Source: Antedon mediterranea
Lineage: Eukaryota; Animalia; Echinodermata
Length of the DNA stretch: 64,000 nucleotides
Direction of reading: 5' to 3'
NCBI RefSeq assembly: GCF_964355755.1
Contig: NC_092675.1
Location: forward strand, 2,661,812 to 2,725,811
In this document: piece by piece, positions 23,850-36,699 of the stretch
Position numbering within the stretch: position 1 is the first letter of the stretch
Layout: every line of letters begins with the position of its first letter
Program-made: the position numbers and the translations under genes
Notes under the pieces: generated by a model
Told to the model about the DNA's origin: nothing
Databases searched by the model: none
Seen by the model: only the letters and a program-made list of their open reading frames with translations

Positions 23850-26350
23850 TTAATTATACTCAAATGACTGTAGTTTAAAACAGTATTAAACGGCATCGTA
23901 CATTAATGTTATTTTCTGTTAATTCGAAAATATACCAAAATGACTATAATTTAGAACAGGGTTAAACTGGATCGTACATTAATGTTATTTGTTGTATATT
24001 GTTAAGTTTATCCTATTCTTTATCACTGTAGTTTAAGTATACCAAAATGACTATAGTTGAGAACAGTGTTAAACGGGATCGTACATTAATGCTATTTGTT
24101 GTATATTATTAAGTTTATCCTATTCTTTATCACTGTGCTCAAGTATACCAAAATGACTATAGTTGAGAACAGTGTTAAACGGGATCGTACATTAATTCTA
24201 TTTGTTGTATATTATTAAGTTTATCCTATTCTTTATCACTGTAGCTTAAGTATACCAAAATGACTATAGTTGAGAACAGTGTTAAACGGGATCGTACATT
24301 AATGTTATTTGTTGTATATTGTTAAGTTTATCCTATTCTTTATCACTGTGCTCTAGTATACCAAAATGACTATAGTTGAGAACAGTGTTAAACGGGATCG
24401 TACATTAATGCTATTTGTTGTATATTATTAAGTTTATCCTATTCTTTATCACTGTGCTCAAGTATACCAAAATGACTATAGTTGAGAACAGTGTTAAACG
24501 GGATCGTACATTAATGCTATTTGTTGTATATTATTAAGTTTATCCTATTCTTTATCACTGTAGCTTAAGTATACCAAAATGACTATAGTTGAGAACAGTG
24601 TTAAACGGGATCGTACATTAATGCTATTTGTTGTATATTATTAAGTTTATCCTATTCTTTATCACTGTGCTCAAGTATACCAAAATGAATATAGTTGAGA
24701 ACAGTGTTAAACGGGATCGTACATTAATGCTATTTGTTGTATATTATTAAGTTTATCCTATTCTTTATCACTGTGCTCAAGTATACCAAAATGACTATAG
24801 TTGAGAACAGTGTTAAACGGGATCGTACATTAATGCTATTTGTTGTATATTATTAAGTTTATCCTATTCTTTATCACTGTAGCTTAAGTATACCAAAATG
24901 ACTATAGTTGAGAACAGTGTTAAACGGGATCGTACATTAATGTTATTTGTTGTATATTATTAAGTTTATCCTATTCTTTATCACTGTAGCTTAAGTATAC
25001 CAAAATGACTATAGTTGAGAACAGTGTTAAACGGCATCGTACATTAATGTTATTTGTTGTATATTGTTAAGTTTATCCTATTCTTTATCACTGTGCTCAA
25101 GTATACCAAAATGACTATAGTTGAGAACAGTGTTAAACGGGATCATACATTAATGTTATTTGTTGTATATTGTTAAGTTTATCCTATTCTTTATCACTGT
25201 TCTCAAGTATACCAAAATGACTATAGTTGAGAACAGTGTTAAACTGGATCGTACATTAATGTTATTTGTTGTATATTATTAAGTTTATCCTATTTTTTAT
25301 CACTGTGCTCAAGTATACCAAAATGACTATAGTTGAGAACAGTGTTAAACGGGATCGTACATTAATGTTATTTGTTGTATATTATTAAGTTTATCCTATT
25401 CTTTATCACTGTAGCTTAAGTATACCAAAATGACTATAGTTGAGAACAGTGTTAAACGGGATCGTACATTAATGTTATTTGTTGTATATTGTTAAGTTTA
25501 TCCTATTCTTTATCACTGTGCTCAAGTATACCAAAATGACTATAGTTGAGAACAGTGTTAAACGGGATCGTACATTAATGTTATTTGTTGTATATTGTTA
25601 AGTTTATCCTATTCTTTATCACTGTGCTCAAGTATACCAAAATGACTATAGTTGAGAACAGTGTTAAACGGGATCGTACATTAATGTTATTTGTTGTATA
25701 TTGTTAAGTTTATCCTATTCTTTATCACTGTGCTCAAGTATACCAAAATGACTATAGTTGAGAACAGTGTTAAACGGGATCATACATTAATGTTGTATAT
25801 TGTTAAGTTTATCCTATTCTTTATCACTGTTCTCAAGTATACCAAAATGACTATAGTTGAGAACAGTGTTAAACTGGATCGTACATTAATGTTTTTTGTT
25901 GTATATTGTTAAGTTTATCCTATTCTTTATCACTGTGCTCAAGTATACCAAAATGACTATAGTTGAGAACAGTGTTAAACTGGATCGTACATTAATGTTA
26001 TTTGTTGTATATTATTAAGTTTATCCTATTCTTTATCACTGTGCTCTAGTATACCAAAATGACTATAGTTGAGGACAGTGTTAAACGGGATCGTACATTG
26101 TTGTTGTATATTGTTAAGTTTATCCTGTTCTTTATCACTGTGCTCAAGTACACCAAAATTAATGGCTATAGTTGAGAACAGTGTTAAACGGGATCGTGCA
26201 TTAATGTTATTTGTTGTATATTGTTAAGTTTATCCTATTCTTTATCACTGTTCTCAAGTATACCAAAATCACTATAGTTGAGAACAGTGTTACACTACAT
26301 CGTACATTAATGTTATTTGTTGTATATTGTTAAGTGTATTCTTTATTCTT
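23850..26350 (-). repeat. 106-bp tandem array, right (inverted) arm of element A (about 23 units)
   Basis: Reverse complement of the 19900-22275 unit. Confidence 0.95.
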
Positions 26351-27689
26351 ATTAATTGTACTAAATTATTAAAAGAAACAGTAGTAAGCATAACATTTCC
26401 CCACTCCTACATTAGCATGGTAGGACATTGTAATGGTCGCAGGTGGCTCAACTTTATTACTGCAATGGGATGGACATGGTCCTACTACCACCTTACCATC
26501 CAATAGGATTCCAGTAAATTTCCTTTACTACCAATCATAATTCAGTAATTAAATGACCCCTTAAGTTAACAAGGAAATCAGCCTATCCCATTATACCGGT
26601 AGGCTTCGTCGTACAGGCGTACTGCGGTAATAGTTGAGAATTCTCAACTAGCCAATTTGGTATATTTTATATACCTGCATTTCGACGATCGAGCATTCTC
26701 TACTTCTACGGAACGCCATTTATGCCTTTATTTACTTCCGGAATAGAAATAGTACTACGGTATTCAGTGGACCAAATTTAGCACCAGTGGAGCACAGTGA
26801 TATGAAATAGAAATAAGTCACTAATTTTAATATCTTTTCGTATGTTAATACACTGGACCCAATTTGGAGCCAGTGGAGCACAGTGATATATAAATAGAAA
26901 CAAGTCATTGAATGTTAATATCTTTTCGTATGCTAATACACTGTGCTCAAGTGGACACAATTTGGAGCCAGTGGAGCACAGCGATATAATAGAAATAAGT
27001 CACTAATTTTAATATCGTTTCGTATGTTATTACATTGTGCTCATGTTAGGTCTGGGGACCTTGTAGCTATTTTAAACAGTTTGGTAAGCCCTGCGTTGTT
27101 ATGCAAATGAGTTTGTGCAGGTGTAATAGGGAAGATGGTATAGTTAGTCCTACGCGGTGAACACGCCATAAAATTAAATTTAAAAGTTAAATTTTGATTT
27201 TGTTAATCTTTATTAGAAATTCAAATCATGTAAAGATTCAATTTTCCGGGCGGGAATCTAGAAACTCCCCTCCTTAAGTTTACAAAAGTAATCTTGAAAA
27301 GAACCCCATGTGGAAAAAAAAAGCTTATCCGTTGAAAAGAAGCCACCGTACTAAAGAGTACTAAAAATGAGGAACATTCGGGGTGTTATGGTGTCTATTT
27401 AATGGAAAAATGAATGCCATACACTTTTGTTTATGATTTAGGGTCCACTTGCCTAGGCCTGACATTTTCAACCCTCCGAATATCTCTCTTTAAAAAAAAC
27501 CAATAGGCCTATTCATTAAAAAAAAAATATCCGTAGAGGTTCGAACCCCAGCTGTCACTCAAAACTGAGCATTACCCGCACCACAAACTGAAACATGACT
27601 GAACAGCTGATAATTGTCTATTTATAAGTGTATTACGTAATTCATCATTACATCATAAATATCCTATTAATCTTGATAAAACCAAAATG

Positions 27690-27935
27690 ATCAGTTAGCT
27701 CAGTCGCCTGAGCGTCGTGTTGACAACACGTATGTCGTGGATTCGATTCCCACGCTGGTCGGTAGAATAGAGTTAAAGGTATGCGACCACTGTGTTTGGG
27801 GTCCATAGAATTGTACGTCCCCCTTTCCACCACACATCTTGAGAAGGCACTAGCAATGCATCTGGTAATGATGTGGTAGAAACGAACCCAAGGCTGCTGC
27901 AGGACCCTTAGTGCTGAGGCAAAGAGAGCACAATT
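27690..27935 (+). mobile_element. tRNA-derived SINE-like sequence in the centre of element C
   Basis: TTAGCTCAGTCG A-box-like and GATTCGATTCCC B-box-like; a second tRNA-like head on the minus strand at about 27528-27585. Confidence 0.5.
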
Positions 27936-28769
27936 TTTACTCTTTTTTTTTGGCTTTTGCTACATGTATTTGATCTCGTAAATTTTATGTTTAGCGGCCT
28001 CAATTTTAATGTAAAAATTGTTATCACTGAGCTTGACTGGCGCCAAATTGGGTCCATTTGAGCACATTTTATTAACAATAAACATACGAAAAGATATTAA
28101 AAAGCAGTGACTTATTTCTATTTTATATCACTGTGCTTCACTGGTGCCAAATTTGGTCCACTTGAGCACAGTGTATTAACATATGAAAATATATTCAAAT
28201 TAGTGACTTATTTTTATTCTATATCACTGTACTCCACCGGTGGCCAATTTGATCCACTGGACCGGTTACCGAAGTACTATTTCTATTTCTGAAGTAAATA
28301 AAGGCATAAATGGCGCTCCGTAGAAAAGTAGAGAATGCTCCATTGTCAGAGAATGACCTCTAAATATACGAGCTATATATCCAATACCAAATTGGCGAGT
28401 AAATCATGTTTTACTTTAAATTAAATTTATACGCTCTTCCACAAGGTCAATTGTTAGTTATACATACAGACTATATTAAAACAATGATTTTGAACACGTA
28501 GGGCATTTCTTTGAATTCTTTCCTATTGTCGTTTTGTGGTAATTTACAGCTTTTTATATGTTTAACAAACGTACATAATCAATTGCGTCTGCATCATGCT
28601 AGACTACAACTTCCGGTAGTGACGTAATCAGCATATTTTTGGTAATAAAACTTTTTCACTAAGCTAGGGAATCTTCTGATATCAATATTCATTAGACCGT
28701 ACTTTAGTTAGCCAATCAAAATAAACGTATAAACAATTTTGCGGTGATGTTACATGTTGTTGAGGTAAA

Positions 28770-31700
28770 ATATACTGTGTTTTACAATAACCAATTTGGT
28801 TAGAGTAAAACACGATGAAAAAGAATAGGAAACATTTAATAATATGATAAATGACATTTACATAGCAATTTATCACTGTGTTTTACTATAACCAATTTGG
28901 TTAGAGTAAAACACAATAATAAAGAATAGGAAACGTTTAATAATATGATAAATGTCATTACATAGCAATTTATCACTGTGTTTTACTATAGCCAATTTGG
29001 TTAGAGTAAAACACAATGATATAGAATAGGAAACATTTAATAATATGATAAATGACATTTACATAGCAATTTAGCACTGTGTTTTACTATAAACAATTTG
29101 GTTAAAGTAAAGCAGAATGATAAAGAATAGGAATTTAATAATATGATATATGACATTCACATAGCAATTTAGCACTGTGTTTTACTATAACCAATTTGGT
29201 TAGAGTAAAACACAATGATAAAGAATAGGAAACATTTAATAATATGATATATGACATTTACATAGCAATTTAGCACTGTGTTTTACTATAACCAATTTGG
29301 TTAAAGTAAAACACAATGAAAAGAATAGGAAACATTTAATAATATGATAAATGACATTTACATAGCAATTTAGCACTGTGTTTTACTATAACCAATTTGG
29401 TTAAAGTAAAGCAGAATGATAAAGAATAGGAATTTAATAATATGATATATGACATTTACATAGCAATTTAGCACTGTGTTTTACTATAACCAATTTGGTT
29501 AGAGTAAAACACAATGATAAAGAATAGAAAACATTTAATAATAATGATTATTTACATAGCAATTTAGCACTGTGTTTTACTATAACCAATTTGGTTAGTA
29601 AAACACAATGATATAGAATAGGAAACATTTAATAATATGATAAATGACATTTACATAGCAATTTATCACTGTGTTTTACTATAACCAATTTGGTTATGGT
29701 AAAGCACAATGATATAGAATAGGAAACATTTAATAATATGATAAATGACATTTACATAGCAATTTAGCACTGTGTTTTACTATAACCAATTTGGTTAAAG
29801 TAAAACATAATGATAAAGAATAGGAAACATTTAATAATTTAATAAATGACATTTACATAGCAATTTAGCACTGTGTTTTACTAAAACCAATTTGGTTATG
29901 GTAAAGCACAATGATATAGAATAGGAAACATTTAATAATATGATAAATGACTTACATAGCAATTTAGCACTGTGTTTTACTATAAACAATTTGGTTAAAG
30001 TAAAACACAATGATAAAGAATATGAAACATTTAATAATTTGATAAATGACATTCACATAGCACATTAGCATTGTGTTTTACTATAACCAATTTGGTTATG
30101 GTAAAGCACAATGATAAAGAATAGGAAACATTTAATAACATGATAAATGACATTTACATAGCAATTTAGCACTGTGTTTTACTATAACCAATTTCGTTAT
30201 GGTAAAGCACAATGATATAGAATAGGAAACATTTAATAATATGATAAATGACATTTACATAGCAATTTATCACTGTGTTTTACTATAACCAATTTGGTTA
30301 AAGTAAAACACAATGATAAAGAATAGGAAACATTTAATAATATGATAAATGACATTTACATAGCAATTTAGCACTGTGTTTTACTATAACCAATTTGGTT
30401 AAAGTAAAGCAGAATGATAAAGAATAGGAATTTAATAATATGATATATGACATTTACATAGCAATTTAGCACTGTGTTTTACTATAACCAATTTGGTTAG
30501 AGTAAAACACAATGATAAAGAATAGGAAACATTTAATAATTTGATAAATGACATTCACATAGCAATTTAGCACTGTGTTTTACTATAACCAATTTGGTTA
30601 GAGTAAAACACAATGATAAAGAATAGGAAACATTTAATAATATGATATATGACATTTACATAGCAATTTAGCACTGTGTTTTACTATAACCAATTTGGTT
30701 AAAGTAAAACACAATGAAAAGAATAGGAAACATTTAATAATATGATAAATGACATTTACATAGCAATTTAGCACTGTGTTTTACTATAACCAATTTGGTT
30801 AAAGTAAAGCAGAATGATAAAGAATAGGAATTTAATAATATGATATATGACATTTACATAGCAATTTAGCACTGTGTTTTACTATAACCAATTTGGTTAG
30901 AGTAAAACACAATGATAAAGAATAGAAAACATTTAATAATAATGATTATTTACATAGCAATTTAGCACTGTGTTTTACTATAACCAATTTGGTTAGTAAA
31001 ACACAATGATATAGAATAGGAAACATTTAATAATATGATAAATGACATTTACATAGCAATTTATCACTGTGTTTTACTATAACCAATTTGGTTATGGTAA
31101 AGCACAATGATATAGAATAGGAAACATTTAATAATATGATAAATGACATTTACATAGCAATTTAGCACTGTGTTTTACTATAACCAATTTGGTTAAAGTA
31201 AAACATAATGATAAAGAATAGGAAACATTTAATAATTTAATAAATGACATTTACATAGCAATTTAGCACTGTGTTTTACTATAACCAATTTGGTTATGGT
31301 AAAGCACAATGATATAGAATAGGAAACATTTAATAATATGATAAATGACTTACATAGCAATTTAGCACTGTGTTTTACTATAAACAATTTGGTTAAAGTA
31401 AAACACAATGATAAAGAATATGAAACATTTAATAATTTGATAAATGACATTCACATAGCACATTAGCATTGTGTTTTACTATAACCAATTTGGTTATGGT
31501 AAAGCACAATGATAAAGAATAGGAAACATTTAATAACATGATAAATGACATTTACATAGCAATTTAGCACTGTGTTTTACTATAACCAATTTCGTTATGG
31601 TAAAGCACAATGATATAGAATAGGAAACATTTAATAATATGATAAATGACATTTACATAGCAATTTATCACTGTGTTTTACTATAACCAATTTGGTTAAA

Positions 31701-33400
31701 GTAAAACACAATGATAAAGAATAGGAAACATTTAATAATATGATAAATGACATTTACATAGCAATTTAGCACTGTGTTTTACTATAACCAATTTGGTTAA
31801 AGTAAAGCAGAATGATAAAGAATAGGAATTTAATAATATGATATATGACATTTACATAGCAATTTAGCACTGTGTTTTACTATAACCAATTTGGTTAGAG
31901 TAAAACACAATGATAAAGAATAGGAAACATTTAATAATTTGATAAATGACATTCACATAGCAATTTAGCACTGTGTTTTACTATAACCAATTTGGTTATG
32001 GTAAAGCACAATGATATAGAATAGGAAACATTTAATAATATGATAAATGACATTTACATAGCAATTAGCACTGTGTTTTACTATAACCAATTTGGTTATG
32101 GTAAAGCACAATGATATAGAATAGGAAACATTTAATAATATGATAAATGACATTTACATAGCAATTTAGCACTGTGTTTTACTATAACCAATTCGGTTAT
32201 GGTAAAGCACAATGATATAGAATAGGAAACATTTAATAATAATGATTATTTACATAGCAATTTATTACTGTGTTTTACTATAACCAATTTGATTATGGTA
32301 AAACACAATGATAAAGAATAGGAAACATTTAATAATAATGATTATTTACATAGCAATTTAGCACCATGTTTTACTATAACCAATTTGGTTAGAGTAAAAC
32401 ACAATGACAAAGAATAGGAAACATTTAATAATATGATAAATGACATTTACATAGCAATTTAGCACTGTGATTTACTATAAACAATTTGGTTAAAGTAAAG
32501 CAGAATGATAAAGAATAGGAATTTAATAATATGATATATGACATTTACATAGCAATTTAGCACTGTGTTTTACTATAACCAATTTGGTTAGAGTAAAACA
32601 CAATGATAAAGAATAGGAAACATTTAATAATATGATATATGACATTTACATAGCAATTTAGCACTGTGTTTTACTATAACCAATTCGGTTATGGTAAAGC
32701 ACAATGATATAGAATACTAAACATTTAATAATAATGATTATTTACATAGCAATTTATCACTGTGTTTTACTATAACCAATTTGATTATGGTAAAACACAA
32801 TGATAAAGAATAGGAAACATTTAATAATAATGATTATTTACATAGCAATTTAGCACCATGTTTTACTATAACCAATTTGGTTAGAGTAAAACACAATGAT
32901 AAAGAATAGGAAACATTTAATAATAATGATTATTTACATAGCAATTTAGCACAATGTTTTACTATAATCAATTTGATTAGAGTAAAACACAATGATATAG
33001 AATAGGAACATTTAATAACATGATAAATGACATTCACATAGAAATTTAGCACTGTGTTTTACTATAACCAATTTGATTAGAGTAAAGCACAATGATAAAG
33101 AATAGGAAACATTTAATAATATGATAAATGACATTTACATAGTAATTTATCACTGTGTTTTACTATAACCAATTTGGTTAGAGTAAAACATTTTAACTAT
33201 GATAAATGATATTTAGCACTGTGCTGGATACAGTAAAACACAAATAAAGAATAGGAAACATATAATAATATGATACATTTACATACAAATTTAGTATTGT
33301 GTTTTACTATAGCCAATTTGGTTACAGTAAAACACAATGATAATGAAACATTTATTATATGATGTTATTTACATAGCAAAATATTATATTAAGTATATCT
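28770..33400 (+). repeat. 101-bp tandem array, left arm of element B (about 45 units, with a 1398-bp higher-order duplication)
   Basis: Unit CACTGTGTTTTACTATAACCAATTTGGTTAGAGTAAAACACAATGATAAAGAATAGGAAACATTTAATAATATGATAAATGACATTTACATAGCAATTTAG. Confidence 0.95.
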
Positions 33401-33430
33401 TATTATCTAAACGTTACGATAAAGAATAGG

Positions 33431-34690
33431 ATAATGTAATAATATAATAAATACAAGTTACATAGTTTATCATCTTGTTTTACAGAACCAATTTGGTGAC
33501 ACAGTTAAACACAGTGATAAAGAATAGATACTGTACTGTTTTAGGTTATATAACCCTAACCCTAGTTTGAAGCGACATAATAAATTCATCGCGAAAAAGT
33601 ACGTATCGTATTCAGAAACTTTTGAAATTTGTTAGATATGTTTAATAGGTTCTTACGTCTATAAAACAAACAAAAAATATAAATTTCACGAAAAATTCGT
33701 GATTTTAATAATTTGCATTTCTCAAAATGTACACTTATGAAATACCATACATTTTCCAACACATTTTTACTTCATTGATGATTCCCAGAAATCAAAATAA
33801 AACAAATTATGATATTTCTTTTACATTATAGATGTAAGAACCTATATTGAACATGTACCAAATGTCAAACGTTTTTTAAGACGATACGTATTTTTATCGA
33901 TGAATTAAGTATGTGATCGCTTCAAACTAGGGTTAGGGTTAAATAACCTAACAGTTCCATTCTTTAACACCGTGTTTAACTTTTAACCAAATTGGTTTTA
34001 GTACAACACAATGATAAACTATGTACATTTTATTTTTCATATTACATTATAGGATACATATAATTTAATAATAATAAATACAAGTTACATAGTTTATCAT
34101 CTTGTTTTACAGAACCAATTTGGTTACACAGTTAAACACAGTGATAAAGAATAGACACTGTTTTAGGTTATATAACTCTAACCCTAGTTTGAAGCGATCA
34201 CATACTTAATTCATCGCGAAAAAATACGTATCGTATTCAGAAACATTTGAAATTTGGTAAATATGTTCAATAGGTTCTTACGTCTATAAAACAAACAAAA
34301 AATAAAAGTTTCAAGACAAATTCGTGATTTTAATAATTTGCATTTCTAAACATTTACACTTATGAAAGACAATACATTTCCAACACATTTTTACTTCATT
34401 GATGATTCCCAGAAATCAAAATAAAACTATTAGGATATTTCTTTTGCATTATAGATGTAAGAACCTATATTGAACATATCTACCAAATATCAAACGTTTT
34501 TCAAAACGATACGTATTCTTAGCGATGAATATTAAATATGTGATCGCTTCAAACTAGGGTTAGGGTTAAATAAACTAAAACAGTTTTATTCTTTATCACT
34601 CACAGTGTTTAACTTTTAACCAAAATGGTTATAGTAAAACACAATGATAAACGTATATGTAAATTTTATTTTTCATAACATAAAATGTTT
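33431..34690. repeat. Two tandem hairpin modules of about 620 bp with TAACCC/TTAGGG repeats in their arms
   Basis: TAACCCTAACCCTAGTTTGAAGCGA (33551) pairs with TCGCTTCAAACTAGGGTTAGGGTTA (ending 33941); second copy at about 34173 / 34508; partial inverted third copy at about 34910-35115. Confidence 0.85.
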
Positions 34691-35195
34691 GATATTCTTT
34701 ATAATATTTAATATTATATTTTAGGCCTACTATTAATGACGTATAAATGCACACTACATCTGAAATAACTTTCTACTTCATTGGCGATTCTTACCAAAAA
34801 AAAGAACTAATTTTGTTATGTATATAGAGCAACCTATTATAACATGTCTTGTATGATTTTTATCTCGTTTCAATGACATTTTATACTACAATTCAAATGA
34901 AAAAGCATCACAAAAAAATACGTCTGGTATTCAAAAAGTTTCTAAACTCGGTACACAGAAAAAACGAATATGTTGAAAATGTATGGTCTTTCATAAGTGT
35001 GAATTTTTAGAAATGCAAATAATGGAAGTCATCAATTTGTCTTGAAATTTATAATTTGTTTTGTCTTATTGAACATATCTATACAACATTTCAAACGTTT
35101 CTGAATACGATACGCGAAAAGTGTTGTGTAAACGAACGTTTTTTACGCTTCAAATTTTCTGTTACATTATGTTTGAATTGAAGCTACAGATATTG

Positions 35196-35236
35196 AATCA
35201 TGGACCTATAAATTAGTAATTTATAGGTCCATGATT
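35196..35236. repeat. Perfect 20-bp-arm palindrome (1-nt loop)
   Basis: AATCATGGACCTATAAATTA-G-TAATTTATAGGTCCATGATT. Confidence 0.95.
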
Positions 35237-35485
35237 GAACATATCGTCACTCACCACACATTTTTTGTTTTGTATTTCGAAAGTATTTATTCTAAAGAAC
35301 AATTGATGCAAACATCAACTGCGCATCTTATTTCATTAATTAATTATATTAATTACAATTTGGCGATTATTCGTCACACGAAGCGTCGAATATCGATTCG
35401 TCTCGTCATGGGAAGAAAACGTGCATTGCGCACACTGTTTACGCGCCTCAACAATAAACGGCGAATATGCGATTCGTCACTAATT

Positions 35486-36369
35486 ATGGAACGCCGTTTT
35501 ACACAAGTTTTTGGCGATGATAAAAATTGCGTCGATGATGAAATTGCGTCGATGAAAATTGCATCGACGCAATGTAGATTGCGTCGACGCAATTTACATT
35601 GCGTCGATGAAAATTGCATCGATGAAATTTGCGTCGATGAAAATTGCGTCGATGAAAACTGCATCGATGAAAATTGCGTCGATGAAAACTGCATCGATGA
35701 AAATTGATTTGATGAATTTAATTGATTATGAAAATTCCAAATGGTTTTAATTCAATCAATGATGAAATGACTACTAGTAAAGTAAATGATGATGTTAATA
35801 ATGATGTTAATAATGTTATTATGTTGCTAAAAATTGACGGTTTCTGAATATTTTGATATGATAAACATGTTTACCGCTTGCGCTAGCGCGCGTTATAGAC
35901 AAGCGCACAGTGAGCGCGCACTAAAACAATGTTGAAATATATGCACTGATTAACATTTTAGTGATTTATTGTCAACACATTTTAGCAATGGATCCATTAT
36001 TGTCCTTTCGGACACATTATATCTTCTAGCTAATTGCTTCCGTTAATCCACCAGTTCAGTACATAAAATTCAGATGTCCAGCATCCATGACATCATATTC
36101 AAATCATACCGGCAGGGAGATCGCAATTTTCATCGATGCAGTTTTCATCGATGCAGTTTTTATCGACGCAATTTTCATCGACGCAATTTTCATCACATTA
36201 ACGCAATTTTCATTACATCGACGCAATTTTCATCGACGCAATGTTCATCACATCGACTTAAATTTTCATTACATCAATACTATATTCATCGACGCAATTT
36301 TCATCACATCGACGCAATTTTCATTGCATCATCGACGCGATTTTATCATCGCCTAAACTGGCATTCCAT
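35486..36369. mobile_element. Foldback element D (884 bp) with inverted 15-bp tandem arrays, probable 7-bp TSD ACTAATT
   Basis: Ends ATGGAACGCC / GGCATTCCAT; arrays of GAAAATTGCGTCGAT at 35513-35705, inverted at 36120-36353; ACTAATT at 35479-35485 and 36370-36376. Confidence 0.78.
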
Positions 36370-36699
36370 ACTAATTGCGTGTGATCTGATTGGTGTATTA
36401 TAAATAAATTCATCGCGATGAATTTTTCAGTAGATGTAATGAGACAGTTCAGTAGATGTAATGACAGTTAATTTAATTGTTCTGCTCTTTTTGTACAAAT
36501 CTATAATACTTTATATTATGGATTTTGTAGTACTGTTAAAATTATTAAATCTCTGGAAGTGTGTTTTACGAGTATGTCCGCAAATTTATGCGTTTACGGT
36601 TTTAAAATGTGAGTTTTAAATAGCGAACATGATCTTGTTAGGTGCACTCTTACTAATTGGGAGAAAATCATATTGTACCATATCATATTATATCCATTC

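Larger units (their letters stand above)
19531..26677. mobile_element. Non-autonomous foldback DNA transposon A (7.1 kb), 7-bp TSD CATTTCG
   Basis: CATTTCG at 19524-19530 and 26678-26684; imperfect TIRs of about 48 bp containing TAGTTGAGAATTCTCAACTA; inverted 106-bp arrays; no transposase ORF. Confidence 0.9.

Noticed and set aside
26707-26722. Similarity of element C TIR (TACGGAACGCCATTT) to the end of element D (TATGGAACGCCGTTT)
   Set aside because: A single 15-nt match with no further homology; may be chance.
27528-27762. Functional tRNA genes (also at 1593, 3212, 44645, 48590, 58790)
   Set aside because: A/B boxes are present but I could not fold convincing cloverleaves; treated as SINE heads.
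19900-33400. CRISPR-like appearance of palindromic repeats in regular arrays
   Set aside because: The sequence between the palindromes is the same in every unit (no unique spacers), there are no cas genes, and the context is eukaryotic.
35231-36403. ORFs with DENCV / MKIAS / IDAIF repeats
   Set aside because: They are translations of the 15-bp tandem arrays of element D in several frames on both strands.
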